Source of the DNA: Saccostrea cucullata
Taxonomy: Eukaryota
Assembly: GCF_032062105.1 (NCBI RefSeq)
Contig: NW_026936671.1
Coordinates: forward strand, 558,001 to 622,000
Direction: 5' to 3'
Length of the DNA: 64,000 nucleotides
Position 1 is the first letter of the stretch; each line of letters begins with the position of its first letter. The translations under genes were made by a program, and so were the position numbers. Below the pieces are notes generated by a model, which was not told the DNA's origin, ran no database searches, and saw only the letters and a list, made by a program, of their open reading frames with translations. Below are positions 1-12,329 of the stretch, piece after piece.

Positions 1-49
1 TGTTTTACTGTATACTATTAGTTTTTATCACTATAGTCAGCTGTCTTAC

Positions 50-3000
50 TTTTTCTGGTCGTCTTTGCTTGTCTCATCTTTTGAAGGCTTCATAGCAGTT
101 ATCTTCCCTTGGTTTTGAGGAGTCTAGAAATGCAAGAATAAGAAATATACCATGGTGCTATAAGAAATAAACCAAGTGGCTTGATGATCAGTAAAGTATC
201 CTTTTTTTCATACATACCGGTAGTCCTTCTTGTAAATGTGCTGGCTTCTCAATTTACTATTTTAGAAAATTACCCATAGATCCATATTGTAATCCAAATA
301 GATTGCCTAGTTAAAAGTCCAAGATTAAGGACATCTTTAAAATACATGTATTTACCATGGTTATGCATTTTCAAACTTATCCCGCGTTCTGTGAACATTG
401 TAGCTAGTAGAGATAGTTTTCACAATTTAAAAATGTTCATGGTCAGAATTCATGTAAACAGTTGCATGAATTCAGGCCATTTGCATCAATGACAGTTTCT
501 GTTTAACTTCCAAAAGCCTTTGGTCTGATAAATTGAAATTATACAAAACCGAGCTTGAATTTCAAAATTACCTATCATGAAAATCATCTTGAAGATTGTA
601 ATATTCAGAGGCCTTATGGAAGTCCAAAAATTTCATTTTTTCCCCACAATCTTTAAATAGGAATAAATAATAAATTTGGTTGAAATTGGTTCAGTATTTT
701 CGGTATTTTTTAGAGATTAATATCAAAGGTCCACAGAAATTGCATGACACTGACGAAAAAGAATAGCAATGCAGGTATTTCAGGTGACAATTTTTTTTTT
801 TATATTAAGGAGGCTCATTACACCACTTTTTGATGACGTACTACACAAAAAAAAAAAATAAACCTCCATTTAAGGGGACGATAAAACCTCTAAAATATGA
901 CCCTGAAAAACAAAGTAACGGATTCATTATGCATAAACCAAGAAGAATTGCTTTTAGGCAGAAACAAAAGAAAGCAACAGTCAAATCTTCGCCAAACAAG
1001 TAATGTCAATTTCATAGCAATGCATGAACTATCAATCACTGACATGTATGTATGGAGATATTCAGTTAAAATCTAAACCTTGTTGGAATTAAAATTTTAT
1101 TTAATTGCGCATTTACTGTGTTCTGTTAATTTATATACAAATTGATTTAAATGCAACTCTGGCAATTTAAAGCTATATTCTGAATTTTAAATGTAATAAA
1201 ACGTTCCATAAGTCTTGGCTAATTAGGAAAGGCAAAGTGGACTTTCTATACCAATTTTTTAAATTGGATTTTTCATTTCGATTTGAATATATTCTTCATT
1301 CAATTTGAACATGTAATTCATTGAAATACATTATTGTCTCTTGAATACATTCTGTAAATGAAATTATCATAGATTAAAGAGATAATGACATTAATTGTTT
1401 TCGATAAGAAAATTATTTTTTGTGATGAAATTATTATTAGGTATTATGAGGTATTTCACTGTATGTACAGCCTACTTCAATATAAGCGAAATCGGGAGGC
1501 CGCCATTTTTACAAGTTCAATCCCGATCTAAAATAGAAAAGAACAAACCCGAACAAATTAATTTTGTCATCGTTTATCTATAACAGTGAACAGATTTCAT
1601 GGAATAATAGTCTTTGAAAGTTTAAATAAAATTGTTTCTTTCTGTTACATTGAAAAGACAATCTTCAACTTCATTATTATTCCCCGATCACAATTTGCAT
1701 TTTGGGAGAGAAAATTACCGGACTAAAACGGTTGAGCACTGCTGAACGCTGCTTGTATTTCATCGTAAGTGTACTAGGGTTAATCCCTTAGTTATTTCGT
1801 ATTTAGGCATATCAATAGCCATTAACAGTACATCGTACGCATTTAATTTCAAAGTTATGTTTTTTTCTAGTGGGGGTTACATAATTTAATAAATGTTAAT
1901 GTTTAGCTTCAGAATTTCTGTACTAGTATTGGCAAAGAATTTAACAGTGAACAAAATTTCATTTCGTATGTGAACATGCAGTATAAATATACATGAGGTG
2001 AAAACTGAATTAACACCTTTGTATATGAACTGGTCAATCAGGCATAATTACTGATACCAACCGTGACGAAAACCGGGGATGTGCAACTTTCAAAATAACC
2101 GTTATGAAAACAACTCATTATCACCTGTGGGGACCGATCCAAGGTGGCTTCAATATAAGCGAAATTTCAATATATCCGATTTCAATATAACCGTTATTCA
2201 ATGCAAAGAATATGAGAGGCAAAAATTTCATTTTTATTTCTATTTCAAAATAAGCGGAATTTCAAAAAATTTAGTTGAATATTGGAGTAAGCTGTACTTG
2301 TCTTAAGAAGATGCCCATCATTTAACTGAAAATTCTCAAATTCTGTGAATAATAAACCTGAAATAAAACATTTCACTAAAATAAAACAAAAACTAAAAAA
2401 TTCTATAAAAGATATTTAGCAATACCCCATCTGGTATTTGACATCTACATTATAATTTATTTCTAAAATATGTGGATTAATCAACTTAACAAAATATTTT
2501 TGCAAGCATTTCTATAGTCCCATTATATAATTAGTTTTCTTTTCACCAAATGCCTATTTAAAAGACATATTTCATAAATTCAGGTTTTGATCTTCAGCAT
2601 CCAAATTAACCCAATTCACAGAAACCTTATTACAAATAAGTGTGTAACCAAACTGGGAAAAGTTACCTACCCTTTTGACGGCTTTAACTGGTCTGGTATT
2701 TTTCAGGGTCACCTGACTTGGACTGGCCTGTTTCTTTTTAGACATGCTGTCAAAGACTTGTGTGCCCTTAGTTGGTTCAGGTTTCTGTGGTGTAAGAACC
2801 TGAAACAAAAATAAAACATTTTTACATTTCCAACTGTTTTTTTCTGTTGTAATTCTACGAAAGATATCTGTGTTGATTTTTCAATATTTAAACCTGAATG
2901 TAAATTTCATCAAGTGAAAGGTCAATTGCCTCATATGTATGACAATCTCTTGCAGCTGTCTTTTTGTCTGATGTTAGTGGGAAAAGGAATCACTATCCAG

Positions 3001-6000
3001 TTTGTTAGGTATGCCAGGGACCTTAGCTATAGTTGGAAAGGTGGGATAATTTGCATACCAAGTTTATCCCTCCCTTAAAAACCCTGCATATGTGTTTTCA
3101 CATATTCTTAAAAATTAATTGAAATTAATTGCATCATCCAATAGAGCTGTACTTGCATTTGAAATATTTTTTTAATCTCTCTTATTTGATTTTCTGAGTT
3201 GTACACGAACTAGAGATATTTTGATGTCGAACTTTAAATGAATTTTATCATTCCATTGTATTGTACTTGTGTTTGGGATATTTTTATAATCTCTGACTTT
3301 CTGTGTTGTACATTTTTAGGGATATTTTGATGACGTACCTTAAATGGATTTGATCTTCCTGAGGAGCCGTAGGATTGCGATAACACTTCTGTCTTCCCTC
3401 GAGGTTTCAAATTTAACATGGGTCCTAAAATTAATGAAAGATTGATAATTTTACAGTTACTGACCATCATATAAGATCATTTACATTTTATATATTATGT
3501 AAATGTATTTTGTATGTATTTTTTGTATTTCAAAAACTACACTTATTTTGTATCCTTATAAAACCTGTCTGTGGCATTTTGTTAAGATTGCAGCTTTTAA
3601 CTCATCTCTTGAAAATTACAAAGTAAAAGGAATGCAAAATTATTTCAAACCAGCATGTCACTGAATGCGCTATGTTTTATATAAGAATCTTAGCACTCTT
3701 GAGCTGTGTTTTCCTGATCTACTTTAACACATCTGTACGTGGTTCTTGAAATTGATTTTATAACTAATGCATTAATAACAACATGTACAAAGGACAAACA
3801 AATACCGATAACAGGGTTTCAGATTGAAATAAGTAACTATAGGACATATGGCATATTTACCAGAAAAGTTATAGGCATTTTGTCCTATTTTGTAAAACTA
3901 TAGGCTCTAGAAAAGTTAAACTTACTCATATTTATCTGACTTTTACAAAAAAATCATTTAATTACAAAAAATATTCAAAAATGTTCATTAATTTTTTCTA
4001 ATAAAAAGTGAAAATTAATATTTATTTTGTTTCTTTTAAACAAAATCAATTGATTGATACAGAATGGAAATTGTTTTGTTTAATTCCATTCAATGGATGT
4101 TTTACTGATATTAGTCCAACCCCCCCAACCCCCCCCCCCCTTTCATTACACATGTTACAGTCATGAATTTATTTCTTATTATTACAATTTTTAAAAAATA
4201 ATTATCCAGAAATTAGACATTTCTATATATATGTATAATTACATTTAAAGATTTCTAGATTAAAAATTTTCTTTGTATAGTTTCTGCATTATTTTCTTCA
4301 TGCTTATTAACTTCTCAAGTTGAAATGAAAAATAAAACATGACATGGATTCCTTCGATGTTTTAAACATTCACCACTACTTTTATGCTCATTGCACTTGG
4401 ATTTGGAAATAAATTTTGTATTTTTTGATGGAACTACCCTGTATTGAATCTGCAGTTGCAGAAAGTGTTTAAAAAATCATTGGATAAATGCCATTATGTC
4501 TGCTCAATGTAATAAAAGGCCATTTTGGCAGGTGAATTTAACACTAACAACATGTACAAAGGACAAACAAATACTGGTAGACAAAATGAAATAATAGAGT
4601 GGATAAATCTAATGCTTGGCTGCTCTCATCAAGTGAAAAAAAAACTTGATAATAATTTGAACGAAAAACATAGAAGACGAAGAAAGAAAATCTATGAAAG
4701 TCAAATTTATATGTAAAATCGTTATTCATCAGGTCAATACTTATCCCTGATTGTTTCTTCTTTTTTTAATTTTTTTAAAATTAGAATTTTGTCCTTGACC
4801 TTTGAACTCTTTCCATCACTTCCTCTTCTTCCACTTCCTGTTGTTCGGCTGACTTCCTCTGTACCACCTCACTGATGCGTTCTGCCAGTTGCATGTACTT
4901 GAGGCGACAAGCATACTTAATGGCCAGTTGTAGGGTGTGAGGTTCTGACATCATTTCGCACACCTCTAATGCACGGAATTCACGCTCTGACCTGGCTGAC
5001 AACTGAAAGGTGTATCATTTTTCTCATATTATCCAAATTCTTTATGAGGTACCTCAGAACATGAATATCTGCAACATTTGCTCGGTGTTAAAAATATAAT
5101 AATCATTTAAAGTGATTATTACCAGAGGATTCAAGAAATCTTTATATACATGTAGTTCATGATAGAGTTCCGAAGACAATCATGTTCATCTGGTACAAGG
5201 AATATATGGATTTCTTTTTAAGGCATTAATAGACTTACTTTTTAAAAATAACAACATCACCTTTTTACTTCATATTAAGGTATAAAATAAAGTCAGAATT
5301 CACACAGGATGGAATATGGAAAAATGGTAACTAAATCAAACTTTTAAAGAAATCGCTGGAGATTTATCAATGAATCAGTTTATTAAACCCTTCTTAAGGC
5401 ACAGATAAACCAAACTTACAGCAAAAAGTTTCATTAGGGCTTCCTGAGATGGTTTAGCCAGTTCCATGGCTACTGATGTGTCATACTCATATCCAATGGT
5501 ATCCCAGAACTGTAAATGGTTGCTTAGAAGCTGTGTTCTGTGGAATATTTCCTACAAATGACAGGAATGTTGGTTATTTCAACTGAAATAATGAGCAAAA
5601 AAATATAACTGGCTCAAAAATCATTTACTTCTTAGAAGAAATTTTTGTTGGAATAAGTTTTTACGCACACACAAAGGAAACAAAGAAATGAATGAACATT
5701 AAAAATGCACCTTTCTTTTGTAATAATTGTGCAAGTATGAGGCCTTTGCCATGCCCATTATACATCATTACAGGGATATATGTACTAATATTTCAGATGT
5801 TTAAATATAAGAGGGATATTTGTCGAGGAGTCCACCTACAAATGGTTTAATTTGTAAATGTAAGGTAAACTGATACAATGTATTTTTAAGATACAAAGTA
5901 AAGCGTTACCTCATACTGGCTCTTTTCGGTACTCATCTGACAGAGTGGCAGCTGGAAAGGGAGGATAGCCACCGCCGGGCGGGGAAGGACAGGAGGGAAC

Positions 6001-9000
6001 CGCGACCCCTTACACGGGATACACCTACACAGCCAAATTATCAATAAGAGATAGGCTGCTTTACGCATACATGTGGTAATGATGAATTATATCCTTTTAA
6101 ACTTTGACCAGACTTATATTTTGTTGAATTACATGTATAAACCAATTGTAAAAGTATCCCCATTTCAAATCTTTCAATCAAAATGAAGATCCATTGCTTA
6201 AGTTTTTTTTACCTCAGTTGCTGGGGGTTCTCATGAACACTAACAATCCAGTAGTTATCTGACTTCCCTTTGGTCTGCAATTTAGGAGCACATGTACACG
6301 TATGTGTATTTCATGCAACTAGTTTAACATTAAATTGAAAATGAACTGATCTTTTCAAGATTACAAAAGTATTTTTAAATGATCATCATAATTACTGTAT
6401 GTATTATTGGTCTGACCATATTTTATAGTAATTCAAAAACATTAAAGGGATTGGGTACAGGTTTTGAAAACTGATTGCATCCTCTCCCTGTATTACTGTA
6501 CAACTTACATGTGATTTGGTGTCGGCTACTTGTACCCAACTCATCCCGAACTTCCTATTACACATTCTGACAATTCCATCGGAATCCATATAAAAAGGAG
6601 TACCCTCGGCTGAAAACCTATGAAACAATGCTTTCTTTCTTTAGTGATGTTTCCTTCTTTATTGATGTTGTTATGTCCAAGTTTAAATGCGTTCAGATGA
6701 TTTTGATTTTAAAAATCCTAATGAACATTTGTTGATAGTGACAAAATCTTATTTGATTCCTCTTCATTGGTGCAAACTTTTGAAAATGTTAGGACAATAC
6801 AAAAGAAATTCAGTTCACACTTTTGTGTGCTTGCATTAAATATTCCTGATTTTTTTCCCCCTCTATTATTGAGTGTCTTTCTTTATCATATTTTAATAGA
6901 CTCACCCCATCCAAGCCAGCGTGCTTTTGCCAGACAGAGGCAGGGGCTGGTGATTGATCTGAGTAGCACCCTCCACTGTCATAAGGTGTACACCAAGACA
7001 CTGATCTCCTGGCAAACCTAGAAGATAACAAGCAGAAGTAAGCAATTTGGCCTTAAAAATTGGTAATTTATTTTAAGGAGATTTGATTAAAGCGATTTTA
7101 AAATGCTTACTAAAGAACCTATTACAAAGAAAACATAATTGATTTTTAGCGATATTCAATTTTAGCCATCTTCCTTTCCATATGGTTTTTACTAAATACA
7201 AAAAATATTCTAGTTTTTCTCAAGAAATATTAATTTGCAACATCCTAAATACATGCGTATTTCCAGACCTAATTTCCATTGAAAGTGACATTATACTCAA
7301 TTCTTCTCTTAACCTTTATTTGACATTCAAAAATGCCACTGACATTCAAAATTGCCACTAAAATTCAAAATTGTCACTGAAATGAAGTAAGTAGAATCCT
7401 CCGATTTACCCATTCCTCTGTGGTATACAATGAGGAGCTGATTTGTGTGAGCCGAGAGGCACACCACAGGGCCAGGAATGGAGAAAATGTCCCTCTGTAG
7501 GCCCCCCAGTGAGAAGATTCTCACAGACCTTTCTGAAGTGGCCACTGCAATCCAGTCTTCTCCAACTGTCACTGCCTATTACAAAGGGGTACATAAAGGG
7601 ATTAAATATAAACATCACAGCAGATGCACAACTGATAAATAAAGGTCTCTTACATAATGTATTATAATTTGCACATTGAGCATTTATTGCATATCTTATT
7701 CCTCTAAACTTTTTTATTCCTCTGAACTTTCTCTCTCTTACTTTAAAAAAGATATCAGGGGAAAACATAGCATTTTCAAAAAATACTGCCACCAGGATAT
7801 TTTGAACTACTTGTTCTCCAGTTTTAGCAAAATTGACAAAATAATTATACCTGTTTAAATACCCCTAAGATATGGACAGCAGAGTTTTCAAATGTCTTTA
7901 CATGTAACTAGTATACCAGCACAAGGACTGTGCATTTAGTAAAAATATCTATAAAATATGTATATCTTTACAAACCATTATTTCTTCTCCATCATCCATA
8001 GGAATGCTCCACTCTTTAGAATTATCCCACGATCCAAAGTGCATACAAGTCAATTTACTGTAAAATGTTCGTAAAAGTTTCTCATAAACAGCACAAAAAC
8101 CTTTTGACAAAACAGACAAATAAGATTTCACAGCACGCTTTTCACTGGCAATAAATGCAAAACATTTTTTTTAAAAATACTTTGAAGTTACAAAGAAACA
8201 ACAGTTTTATTTTGCAAATGCATTATGCTTAAAATACTTGCTAACTTTTAAAAGGAACAAACCTTGGTGCTGAATCATCACTGGGACAGGCGAGCACTAC
8301 AGCCTCTGTGGAGACATCAGCCATGGTGTACCCTGCCGAGTTCGTTAGATGCATGGCGTGATGTACGGCCGTATTATGGAACTCAATGTCTATAGATTCC
8401 TCCTCCTCCGTATTAAACTGCTTAATGATCCCCACTGCATTCCACATCTGTAAATCAATTTTAAATGCAGTAGATATAGCCAAATTTTTGTGATGCCTTT
8501 CTAGATATTAACTATTTATTAGCAAGACAAAATTTTCACAAATTGTTATTACTGCTTCATACTATATTTATGAATACAAATATATGTAAGAACTTTATTT
8601 GAGTGAGCACAGTTTCACGTGATTACACGAAAATTAAGTTCTCAAGAAAAAAATGTGATTACTGTATGGGATGAATAATACGACATCATTTAACTAAAGC
8701 AATCAATGTAGAATATACATGTATAGTAAAACCCAGTTATAAAGAACTTTCTTGATGGAAAATATCAGTTATAAGCAAACTTTTATGAATTCTTGTGAAG
8801 CTTCTGCCCTTTGTTGCTTATAAGAATCTAGATTATATGGAAGCAAATTTGAAGTCCATGTGACTTCCTTATATCCCAGCTGTACTGTATAATACTGACC
8901 ATGAATCTGCTGGAGAGATGGACAGGGGTGGATCCGGGCTGGAAGGCAGGTTGTGGACGTGTAGGTGTAAAGCCTGGTCTCTCTATCACCACTGGGGCCG

Positions 9001-12000
9001 GTGTCACTGGCTGTACGTCACCATCCTCCGACATCAAATCATCTACAGTTAAAAAAAAAAAAAATTGATATATATACAATAATGTGTAATGCGAATTACA
9101 TGTTTATTTCTCAAACTTGCAATTTTTTTTCATTTATTTTAATGTGAGAAAAAGCCATGTACTAGTAGCATCTTTGAAAACAAAACAGTCAGGCATTAAT
9201 AATCATATTAATTCAACAAATTAATGAAAAGCTGGGTTTCTTTTTTTACAATCCCAGTATTTTTCTTGGATCTCTTGCATAAATTCCACATACACATAAT
9301 CAGATTGTCTATTTACCCTCTAGGTTTGAGTCCATTGATTCAATACACAAGTCAAAAGATTGTATATCATACCATCTAAAGGCCTAAGGGTGCTAACTCA
9401 ACATACATATAAACAGGTTTTACATTTACAAGTACAATTTTGAGGGCCCTGATTCCACATGCATGAAAACAGAGGGTTTGATGACACTGATTCCACAAAT
9501 ATGAAAACAAATTATGTATTTTACCATCTAGAGGTTTGAGGGCACTGACGGGAGCTGAATCATTGCTGTCTTCGTTAAAATCCTCTTCTTTACTCGGCTC
9601 CTGCGTGGCCAAGACTAAATCTGTGTCGTCATCATCTTCAAAGATCCCCATTGTTTCCTTCACACGGAGTTCACCAGCAGGCTAAAAAATAGGCCAGCTC
9701 TGATTATCAGTCATTTGACTTTTTGAGGTAGAAATACTGCTTGTTAATTTAAAAAGAAAAAATTCCTAGCTCTACATTAAGTTACTCTACTATGACTGAC
9801 TTCCCTAAATCTAATATTCAACAGGATGATTTTGTAAGCAACATTATGTATGTGTAAGAAGCTACATTGTATATTATATGCACCTGGTTTCCTCCTTTCA
9901 GTTCAATTTCACTGAGAAGTCCAAGTTGACCCTGAAAGAGAGAAAAAAAAAATGGATTTTCACGAATGGTATTGAATGCAGTAATTTTGTAAACATATTT
10001 AAGTTAAAATTTTCTTACTACCTATTCAATTCCATTTTAAAAATCAGATGTTAAAATATTATACATGTATATTATCCAATTGTACATCGAACACATTTGT
10101 ACCCCTCATCTTGTTTCGAGAAAATAAAGAGTTGAAATTAAACCAAGTCCTTGACACTAAATTAAACCCCTGTTACCTCTCTATCACAGAATGCTATTTC
10201 TGTCTGATTGCTGGGATTCCAAGCCAAAGACATTATAGACAGGCCACTCTCATGTTTGAATCTGAAGGCAAAGGTTAATGGTCCACAGAATTAAAGCAAT
10301 TAAAAGAAAAAAACTTAATTACATATTCAATTCACTTTTTAATATCTGCAATTTCCAAAGGAAGTTTGGTTAATTTGTTGTTACCTTGGTTAATCAGACT
10401 TGAAATTTATACATATCTTATTCCAGAATTTTTTTTTAATTCTGCTTTCATACATGTGTTTCAAAATGTAAACTTTAATAGAAAATTATGCTAACATGGG
10501 AAGTTTTAATAGAATAAATTGGCTGGATTTTTTCTATCTCACCTGTCCACACAGGTTTTGGTTTGTAAGTTATAAATCAGAATTTGTCCATCATAACTTC
10601 CTGCTGCCAGGTAATCGCCTTCAGGTGAGATATCCAGCACTGAATACACCTACAGAAATTTACATTTATATATAACAAAAGAAAATACAGTGTAAGAACA
10701 ATTTATTACTTAACATTCCATATTGGACATTGGGGACTGACAAGGTTTACAGTTAAACAAAAAACTTTCAGCTGAATGAGTACTGAAATCATATGCACCC
10801 CAAGCCAGGGTGAGAAAAATTTACAGTTTGAATTTGGCATATATTGTAAAAACAAACAAAAAACATTAGTCTCGTTTACCCCAGACTCTCGCTCTCGAGA
10901 CTTTGCCCGAGCAAGAGTCTGGTCTGATTCCTATTTAATTTTTGTTATCAGTAGAGGTCGCTAAACCGGCTAACAAGATGGCGACTCCCATGAAAATACA
11001 TGTGAGAATTTACTTTTTAAACAAAGATATGTGCGTTTTTTGTTCCTTGTAAAGCAGACAGAGGTATTTTATTATAAAACCAGATAAAAGTAAAGGCGCA
11101 GCCTCTGAATTTTTAAAGAATACAAATCTTAGCATCGAAGAGAATGTATCAGCCAATGAAAATCCATACCGATTTCTCGGTAAGCCATGATGTGAAATTA
11201 CAAAAATTAAATAGGAATCAGACCAGACTCTCGCTCGGGCAAAGTCTCAAGAGCGAGAGTCTGGGGAAAACGAGACTAAAAAAACATAAAAAAACCCTCT
11301 GCAATAAGTGTTAGCAGAATCACACTATAAAAAATGATTATACATATATAATTACATATTCATCAAGTTGATTAAAGAAAAGTCTCAGAACAAACCTCTA
11401 GTCAAATTTTGATACCAAAACTATATTCTATATTAGCACATACAAGAAAACTACATGTATATTCTATATTAGCACATACAAGAATTTATTCTTTGGAGAA
11501 AAAAATGACAACTCTTCAGTCAAATTTAGACAAAAAACTGTATTTAAATTTGGCTAACACATGATATAGCTAACAATTCACAGAATCATGTGATAATTTC
11601 AATAAGACCGCCAACGTACCCCAGAAAATTGACTGTCCTGTAAAGATCCTGTTTTTGTCCAGGTACCTCTGTCATAGATGTGGATTTCTTTCTCCATTGG
11701 AACATACAGGAACTACAATTACAGCATTACAATCAACTTCATATGAAAAATAAATTAAGTTTTCTTAGTCTTGAATGAAATTTATACAGTAAAAGTACCT
11801 CTTACTTTAGGTTTGTATACTTAATGCAACTCTGCAAGATTTATGTTATGTCATTTGAATTATTCCCTGTGTTAATTATACATACCAAGCTCAAATCTAT
11901 TTTTCCTCATATGCAAAAAAATATGCCCAAGATAAATACTCTCTATTTTAATAATTGCTTGGTTATGTAATAATTGCAAAATCCATATTTGGTTTATGCA

Positions 12001-12293
12001 ATTTTCCTTGGAAAGAAGTCTAGAGTACAAACAGATCTGTCCTAATTCAGACTATATAATCCCTCCTTTTCAACATGCATACAGGGAAACAGAGGAAAGG
12101 GTATGCTTGAATAAAAAGTTTGTAACTTTTAAAGTTCACATTAAATTTCTGTATCCCAGTTCTGTTGAAACGTAAAATTTGAATATCAAAACATTTTTTA
12201 CAGGAAACATTTTCCTGAATTATATTGACTAACCTTTCCATTCTTCTCCCAGCATAGCCTGCACCATCCCTTGGTCAAGCTGTACATCAAAAG

Positions 12294-12329
<36 letters not shown>

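Noticed and set aside
3776-4575. 30-bp direct repeat TAACAACATGTACAAAGGACAAACAAATAC at about 3776 and 4546
   Set aside because: Real, but I could not define an element between the copies; probably a small local duplication.
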